Shown: positions 57,669-64,000 of the stretch, piece after piece
Position numbering within the stretch: position 1 is the stretch's first letter
Layout of the letters: each line of letters starts with the position of its first letter
From: Candidatus Poribacteria bacterium
Lineage (GTDB): Bacteria; Poribacteria; WGA-4E; PCPOR2b
DNA: 64,000 bases
Assembly (NCBI GenBank): GCA_965215015.1
Contig: OZ244042.1
Location: 3,808,001 to 3,872,000, forward strand
Reading direction: 5' to 3'
The notes under the pieces: model-generated
Database searches by the model: none
Told to the model about the DNA's origin: nothing
The model's input: the letters and a program-made list of their open reading frames with translations, nothing else
Made by a program: the position numbers and the translations under genes

Positions 57669-59264
57669 CTATGCTCGCCGCAGGACCTGCCCACTACGCT
57701 TCCCAGTCAACTCCCCATGTTTAAGAGCCACCTCTCCATTGACGATGACATGGCGCATACCGAGGGCGGTCTGGTTCGGTTCAAAGGTGGTGCCCTGATC
57801 TGCAAAAGTCATCGGATCGAAAATTGCCACATCTGCCCAGGCTCCCTTGCGAAAGAGACCGCGGTCTCTTAAGCCAAGTCGGCTGGCTGGCAATGACGTG
57901 AGCCTGCGGATCGCTTCTTGCGGACTGAACGTTTTTTTCTCGCGCACAAAGTGCCGGTAGAACCAAGACGCCCATGTGTACGCGCCGTGGAACGCTGTCC
58001 CCGCTAACGGTCCGTCAGTCGCTAGCGCGGTAGCGTCGGAACCGACCATGCAACTGGGGTGCTCAAAGGCGATGCGAATATCTTCTTCCTGATAGGTGAA
58101 GGCAAGAATCATCAGGCTGTGAAGGTCGTCAATTTCAGCGAGCAGGAGGTTGTAGATAGCATCGAACGGGGCAACAGCCGTCAATTCGCTGATTTCAGCG
58201 ATGCTCTTGCGGGAGAATTCGGGGCGCGCTTTGCTGTTAAAAAGGACAATGTTCTTCCAATCTCCCCGTGCCAGAGCGGTGATTATACTGGAATAGGTTT
58301 TCAACTCTCGGCGGACCGCAGGCGACCGTAGGCGCGCGGCAATGGCGGCTGTGTCCCCCTCTAGGGCCCATGGTGGCAGGGCAGCACTTAGGTTGGTAGT
58401 TCCGAACAGTCGTGTGTGCATATCAAAACCGACATCTAACCCACCATCCTGTGCTTCGTCAACCTGCCTGAGAGCATCTTCGATTGCCGCCCGTCCATCC
58501 TCAGCGAGTCGCGAGACCACTAAGATGTGGGAAATTTGGAGAGGTAGGTTCGATGCGTCGCCGGTCCGGATTGCCTCCGCAATGGTTTCCTGCGCTTCCC
58601 CGTCTCGATTGCGGGTATGGGTCGCATAGAATCCCCCGGCGTCGGATGCCACTCGACAGAGTTCGACAATCTCCGTTTCCGTACAGCCTCTTTCGGGTCC
58701 GTATTCAAGTCCTGTGGAAAAACCGAACGCCCCTTCCTCTAGGCTCTGTGATAGCAGAGTTTTCATCTGTTTTAGTTCATCGGGTATTGAGGGACGATCT
58801 ACCAGCCCGGCGACAGCAAGGCGCAGGTTGCCGTTTGGAACGAGGGAGGCAACGTTGACCGCAGGCTTTCCCACTTCAAGGCATTCGAGGTATTCAGCCA
58901 TCGTGCGCCAATCGATCTCGTGTCCCTCTAGGTGTCCGTAGATGTTCATTTTTGCCAATTCCGGGTCGCCGATGGGTGCACAGCCGTGACCGCAGTTGCC
59001 AACGACTTCGAGGGTCACACCTTGGGTTATTGAACTCATCGCCCGTGGATCAACAATCATTGTGAAATCGGAATGGCTGTGGATATCGATGAAGCCGGGC
59101 GCGACAAAGAGGCCTTGGGCATCTAAGCACGGCACCCCTTCCTGTTTTTCGATTGCGCCAATGTCGAGGATTTTGCCATTTGCAATCACCACATCTGCAC
59201 GAAAAGGTGGGGCTCCCGTACCATCGATAACAGTCCCACCATGAATCAGCAGATCCGCCTGCAT
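57669..59264 (-). CDS. N-acyl-D-amino acid deacylase
   Basis: PGFIDIHSHSD, GNCG, STGL, HTR, GSD. Confidence 0.92.
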   Translation of the reverse strand: MQADLLIHGGTVIDGTGAPPFRADVVIANGKILDIGAIEKQEGVPCLDAQGLFVAPGFIDIHSHSDFTMIVDPRAMSSITQGVTLEVVGNCGHGCAPIGDPELAKMNIYGHLEGHEIDWRTMAEYLECLEVGKPAVNVASLVPNGNLRLAVAGLVDRPSIPDELKQMKTLLSQSLEEGAFGFSTGLEYGPERGCTETEIVELCRVASDAGGFYATHTRNRDGEAQETIAEAIRTGDASNLPLQISHILVVSRLAEDGRAAIEDALRQVDEAQDGGLDVGFDMHTRLFGTTNLSAALPPWALEGDTAAIAARLRSPAVRRELKTYSSIITALARGDWKNIVLFNSKARPEFSRKSIAEISELTAVAPFDAIYNLLLAEIDDLHSLMILAFTYQEEDIRIAFEHPSCMVGSDATALATDGPLAGTAFHGAYTWASWFYRHFVREKKTFSPQEAIRRLTSLPASRLGLRDRGLFRKGAWADVAIFDPMTFADQGTTFEPNQTALGMRHVIVNGEVALKHGELTGKRSGQVLRRA

Positions 59265-59295
59265 CTATTTGTCCTTTCGACTGAATTTTTGCCCC

Positions 59296-60054
59296 TTATC
59301 TCGCTGTCCAACCCAGATCTATTGTCCAGTCTGCTCCGGTGACGGCACCGGCTGCCTCAGAGGAGAGGTAAAGGACAAGGGCTGCGACTTCCTCTGTCGT
59401 AATGAGCCGCTTGATGGCAGCGGGCTCTAACATGACCTGTTCGACAACGTCTTCGGTGGAAATCCCGCGTGTCCGTGCTTGATCGGCAATTTGGCTCTCA
59501 ACCAGAGGTGTGTGGACATAAGCCGGGCAGATGGCATTGACGGTAATACCGTGTTCGCCTCCCTCCAGTGCCGCCGTACGCGTGAGGCCGATGAGACCGT
59601 GTTTGGCTGTCACGTAAGCACTCTTAAAGGGTGAAGCGACCCGTCCGTGAATGGAGGAGATGTTGACGATACGTCCCCACCCATGGGTTTTCATCGCCCC
59701 CCAGACGTATTTGGTCAGTAAGAAGGGCGCGGTGAGCATTACCCCCAGCATTTTGTCCCAGGTGTCTTCGGGAAAGGCCTCAATGGGGTCAATATGCTGG
59801 AACCCCGCGTTATTGATTAGAATGTGCACATCGCCGTAGTAAGCCAAGGTCTCGTCCACAAGGCACTTGCAGTCTGATCGTTGCGAAAGATTTGCTTTTA
59901 CAAAATATCCACCGATTGTGTTAGCAATCTCTTCTCCCTCAACCTCATTTAGATCAGCGACGACCACTTGATCGCCCCTGCCTGCAAGTGCTTCGGCGAC
60001 AGCTCTACCGATGCCACTCGCCCCCCCGGTGACAATGGCAACCCGTTCGCTCAT
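59296..60054 (-). CDS. bdhA: 3-hydroxybutyrate dehydrogenase (SDR)
   Basis: [43 protein letters not shown]. Confidence 0.85.
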   Translation of the reverse strand: MSERVAIVTGGASGIGRAVAEALAGRGDQVVVADLNEVEGEEIANTIGGYFVKANLSQRSDCKCLVDETLAYYGDVHILINNAGFQHIDPIEAFPEDTWDKMLGVMLTAPFLLTKYVWGAMKTHGWGRIVNISSIHGRVASPFKSAYVTAKHGLIGLTRTAALEGGEHGITVNAICPAYVHTPLVESQIADQARTRGISTEDVVEQVMLEPAAIKRLITTEEVAALVLYLSSEAAGAVTGADWTIDLGWTAR

Positions 60055-60533
60055 TTTCTCTGTCCTCGCTATTGTCCGCTGGCTTTGTCATAATTCAGAG
60101 CGGAGAATCTTGCAAAGCTGGTGTGTTGGGAAGCTCAAGAAAGAGTGAAACGCATTCGATTTCCCAATCAACCCATGACATTGGTTTCTTTGACGTATTC
60201 CCAACCCTAAAGGAGACTATCGCTAACCCCCCTCAAGCCGAAAGCTTAAATGTGCTTTATTACTATGCGGAAACGGGCCATCTTTCACTTTTGGGGCACT
60301 TTTGAACTGACCTTGAACAGGATTCCCAATGTATTCAAAGACGGTTGCTCAAATCTAACAACGTCTTCAAAAATTAGCGTGCGGTCTTTTGAATATAGAA
60401 ATTGATTAGATGGATTTAGGGGACTAGCATAATACTCAGATTATGAATTGCAACTATCAACCGGTTCCCTGCTATCAATGGTGAAGGTGATATTCAAAAA
60501 AATCATAATAATTATAATAGCCTATTATTGTCC

Positions 60534-62258
60534 TCATACTTGCGTTTGTCCGCGGAGTGCTGTGGTGGCGGCTTCATCCACCGCCAGCGTTGTCTCATCG
60601 AGGACCACACCATACGCCTCCCGCGCTGCTTTAAGCGAAACTTTGCCGTTCTTGACATCATGGGCCACATCAGCGGGTGGACGCAGCAGCGGGTTGCCCC
60701 ACCCCCCACCCCCAGCCTGACGATGATAGATTCGCTCGTCCGCCTCCATCGATGTGGATATCATGGTCTGCAACACCTCTTCCGATCCGTCGGTGTGATG
60801 GAGGATATTGATCGAACCTCTTCCCGGCTTTCCACCGTAGAGACCGTAGGGGAGATGGTCTCTGCGATCGGAACGAATAGCGAGGTGGGCTTCACTTGAA
60901 AGCAGCCGCCATTCACGCTCAAGCCCAAGACCGCCGCGGAATTTGCCCGCTCCCCCGCTATCCGTAACATATCCGTAACGTTCGATCTGCACCGGGTATT
61001 CGCATTCCGCTTGCTCAATTGGGATGTTGCTGGCGACGTTGGCGGGGTTACACAGCCCATCAATTCCATCGCGGTCGGGGCGCGCTCCCCACGTTCCCGA
61101 CATCAGCTCGTAGTAGACATACGGCGTCCGATCCTCCCGTTGTCCGCCAATAATTACCAAGGAATTGCCCCCTTCGCCTGCGGCTAAGACTTGGTCCGGC
61201 AGCAAGCCTGCTAATGCGCCGAAGATAGTATCCGCCAATCGAAACCCGGTGATCCCGCGCATCGAGGACGCAGCCGGCATGACGCCATGAACCACTGTCC
61301 CCTCCGGCGCGATAATTTTCAACGGCTTAAACATGCCAGCCGTGTTTGGAATATCTTCGCGCAACACCGATCGGACACACAATGCAACCACCGATGCAGT
61401 AAAGGAGAGGGTATTATTGATGGCACCCCGGACCTGTGGGTTTGTGCCGGTAAAATCAGCGGTGAGGGTGTCCCCCTCTACCGTTATCGTTACTGTTAGG
61501 CGAACAGGCGGCCCACCGACACCGTCGCTGTCCATGTAGTCCGTGAAGGTATGGCTGCCATTGGGCCAGGAGGCGATTTCTGCGCGGACAAGCCGCTCGG
61601 TATAATCAATGAGCGATTTAGCGCAGGTGGTAAAGGTTTCCAATCCGTAACGTTGAATCAGTGTGTGCACCGCCCGCTCGCCGATATGACAGGCCGCCAG
61701 TTGCGCTCGTAGGTCCCCGATAGCCATCTGTGGCACCCTGACATTCGCACGCAGCAGCGTGAAGATTGCCTCATCGGGTTCACCTGCGCGATATAGTTTC
61801 AACCAGGGAATGCGGAAACCGTCTTGGAAGATTTCGGTATTATCACAGGCGGAGCTGCCGGGCAAACGGCCGCCTAGATCCAAATGGTGAGCGGTGCTGA
61901 CGGCAAATCCTACACGCTCATTCTCCCAAAAAATGGGTTTAACGATGAAGATATCTGGGATGTGCATCCCGCCATCAAAGGGGTCATTAAGGATAAAGAC
62001 ATCGCCGGGCTGCATATCCCCGTCGAATTTTTTAAACAACGTTTCCATTGCAAAGGGGACAGAGCCGAGGTGGAGGGGAATAGTTACACCCTGTGCAATC
62101 ATTTTGCCATCAGCGTTACAAAGGGAGGTTGAGTAGTCGAGACAGTCCCGAACAATGGTTGAATAGGCGGTACGATATAAAGCCATTGCCATTTCGTCGG
62201 CAGCCGACGCCAAAGCATTTTGCATAATCTCGCGCGTGATTGGATCAATCTTAGGCAT
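60534..62258 (-). CDS. Hydantoinase B/oxoprolinase family protein
   Basis: DPITREI, RTAYS.IVR, NDPF.GG.H.PD, H..DLGG, DSGGAG.FRGG, GGGGWG.P. Confidence 0.93.
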   Translation of the reverse strand: MPKIDPITREIMQNALASAADEMAMALYRTAYSTIVRDCLDYSTSLCNADGKMIAQGVTIPLHLGSVPFAMETLFKKFDGDMQPGDVFILNDPFDGGMHIPDIFIVKPIFWENERVGFAVSTAHHLDLGGRLPGSSACDNTEIFQDGFRIPWLKLYRAGEPDEAIFTLLRANVRVPQMAIGDLRAQLAACHIGERAVHTLIQRYGLETFTTCAKSLIDYTERLVRAEIASWPNGSHTFTDYMDSDGVGGPPVRLTVTITVEGDTLTADFTGTNPQVRGAINNTLSFTASVVALCVRSVLREDIPNTAGMFKPLKIIAPEGTVVHGVMPAASSMRGITGFRLADTIFGALAGLLPDQVLAAGEGGNSLVIIGGQREDRTPYVYYELMSGTWGARPDRDGIDGLCNPANVASNIPIEQAECEYPVQIERYGYVTDSGGAGKFRGGLGLEREWRLLSSEAHLAIRSDRRDHLPYGLYGGKPGRGSINILHHTDGSEEVLQTMISTSMEADERIYHRQAGGGGWGNPLLRPPADVAHDVKNGKVSLKAAREAYGVVLDETTLAVDEAATTALRGQTQV

Positions 62259-62536
62259 TTTTGGGTTCCATCGAGGAGAGATATAGTTATCACAACCGAT
62301 CGGTTCACACTTCACAGCCGCCTCAAAAAGTGTCTTTATTATTAAAAAAAAGAAACGCAGAATGGAAAGAGAGCACGTTACAGATTTCAGTTGACAATCG
62401 AGGCACGGCTAAGACAACCATAAAGCAGTAGGGAGGCAGATTTGCATCCGCCAGTTTTGAACCCTTATCTTCCTCCCTTTCCACCAATCTGCTTGTCCAT
62501 AGTTTTCCCGCCCCATTATTTTTAGTGTTACGGCTT

Positions 62537-62641
62537 CTAGCGCGCTTGCTTCAGTGCTAACTTCTTTCTTTTAAGACGGCGTTTTTGGCGATGTCGAATC
62601 TGTGTTCGTCGCCGTACTTGTCCAACTTTTGATCGTGCCAC
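62537..62641 (-). CDS. Small very basic protein, 34 aa (below the ORF-track cutoff)
   Basis: AAGGAGGTG RBS + GTG; MARSKVGQVRRRTQIRHRQKRRLKRKKLALKQAR*. Confidence 0.7.
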   Translation of the reverse strand: MARSKVGQVRRRTQIRHRQKRRLKRKKLALKQAR

Positions 62642-63083
62642 TGAATCACCTCCTTTTAATGAATTGTTTTAACCTAGGTTCTTTCTATACACATACCACC
62701 CTGCTAGGGCTAATAAAAAAATAAGGGGATAAGCCGTTACTGGCTTTTAATAAAACGCTAAGACGCAATAAAAAGAAAGTGAGAGAACCGGCTTCCCCTT
62801 CGTCAGGGAAGGTTCCTGTTTCGTTTCTTCGTCTCTCCCGATGGAACCGTGAATCCCCGATGCGGTAGGCATTCCCTTTAGAGGAGGACAACGGCATCGG
62901 GACTGGCGCCCCCTCCGTTATGGGGGTGCGACGTTGCGTTAAATTCAGAGAAAAGCCAATAACTACTCATTGCAAAAAATAATACGTAATGCGTAAGAGA
63001 AGCCGTCTCGAACCTTACGCATTGCCCATCACGTTTCACGCATCCCGCAACATCTATCGATTCGTCCTGATAAGATTGGTCTT

Positions 63084-64000
63084 TTATGTATCATCAAACG
63101 TTCTTGCTAAATAGAACAGCGCATCATCGCACAGTGATTCAACCTCTGCCATTGCAGTGTCCAACAGTTCTTTTGAGGAGCATCTCAGCAGCAGTCGATT
63201 CATGGTAAGCGTGATATAACACTGTCTGTCCGTGTGAGCGAACTCCACCTGCCAATGGGTATCCTGAACGACCCGATACCCATTGACCTCAATTGCTTTC
63301 CGAATTTCCAGTCCATTGGCGTTTTTGTAGAGTGCTTTCGCCCGCAGCGTTTCGGGTAAAATCTCCGGGGCAGGCGGAACGAATTCGGGTTCAGTTGTCG
63401 GAACCTCCCGCGGTTCAAGAACCAAAACTGGTGCCCTTGCTGAATCAACGATTTCTTCCACATCGTCCGGAGCTTTCAGCGGCTCCTGTTGGCCCTCGGT
63501 TTCTACCGCTCGGCTCTCCTTGAGTACGTCAGAGAGCACGCTCGTGACAGTGTCGGGTGCCGGTTGAGGGTCTGCCAATATACCCTCAAGGGTACGCGCA
63601 CAAATACTGAAGATAAGTGGATGAAACACCAGTGTTTCAGGGTCGGCAAATTCAAAAAGCGATCTCGCAACGAGTGCCACTTCTGCTTTCTCTCGATAGC
63701 CCATCCGTTTGAGACGAGTCTCACATGCCCTGAGTGTGTACAACACAGTGTTGATAAACTCCACGGTAATCAGGTGGGGCAGCACTTCAAAGCGAAACAT
63801 TTCACTAATGTGTTCGGGTCCTTTCTCAGCCTCCGATGTTGATTCTTCGCCCCTTTCACCTTCTGAGGTAAACAGTTCTGATTCAAGGGCTTCTATCGTT
63901 TTCTGTCGCAACAGGTCGTGATCAAAGGTAATATTTTCAAATTCAGGTTCATCAAGCAACAACCTGCTGTTCGCGATTTTGTCCTGTAACAGTTCTTCAT
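63084..64000 (-). CDS. Hypothetical acidic protein, 5' end outside window
   Basis: Open frame to the window edge with protein-like composition. Confidence 0.75.
   Translation of the reverse strand, partial: EELLQDKIANSRLLLDEPEFENITFDHDLLRQKTIEALESELFTSEGERGEESTSEAEKGPEHISEMFRFEVLPHLITVEFINTVLYTLRACETRLKRMGYREKAEVALVARSLFEFADPETLVFHPLIFSICARTLEGILADPQPAPDTVTSVLSDVLKESRAVETEGQQEPLKAPDDVEEIVDSARAPVLVLEPREVPTTEPEFVPPAPEILPETLRAKALYKNANGLEIRKAIEVNGYRVVQDTHWQVEFAHTDRQCYITLTMNRLLLRCSSKELLDTAMAEVESLCDDALFYLARTFDDT

Noticed and set aside
62537-62641. rpsU, rpmH or rpmJ
   Set aside because: Lacks bS21, bL34 or bL36 signature residues
62850-62905. 6S RNA (CCCGATG...ACGGCATCGGG ends)
   Set aside because: The enclosed region is only ~50 nt, far too short for the 6S rod with central bubble

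Overview
Bacterial chromosomal window of about 50% GC (estimated by eye). Repeated PhyH dioxygenases, Gfo/Idh/MocA oxidoreductases, Uma2 and Rpn nucleases and dense REP/MITE repeats suggest Candidatus Poribacteria or a similar lineage (inference). Housekeeping genes (pcrA, gatCA, hisF, folK, XPB helicase, pcm, ureEFG, pbpC, ctpA) are interspersed with catabolic genes and many decayed defence or mobile remnants. The remnants are type I hsdM/hsdS ends enclosing a Schlafen/AlbA_2 protein and a HEPN-MNT pair, a type III mod 5' end, a beta-MTase fragment, a DUF2283 TA relic, a prim-pol fragment and a frameshifted Cre-like recombinase. The most striking item is at 53891-55798: an archaeal-type (preQ0-pocket) guanine transglycosylase fused to a C-terminal domain carrying the exact ArcS motif PC-x3-KPY-x2-S-x2-H. 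It has no PUA domain and lies co-directional with a Rho_N-fused DNA methyltransferase, so it is a candidate undescribed deazaguanine DNA/RNA hypermodification or defence system. Other notable items are an intragenic Rpn antitoxin start, an Sm-like+HEPN mini-protein, a Rad52/Sak-like protein, an unannotated 34-aa basic protein with a structured leader, and several MITE families. No tRNA, rRNA or CRISPR array was seen. All family calls come from motif recognition by eye, not from database searches.
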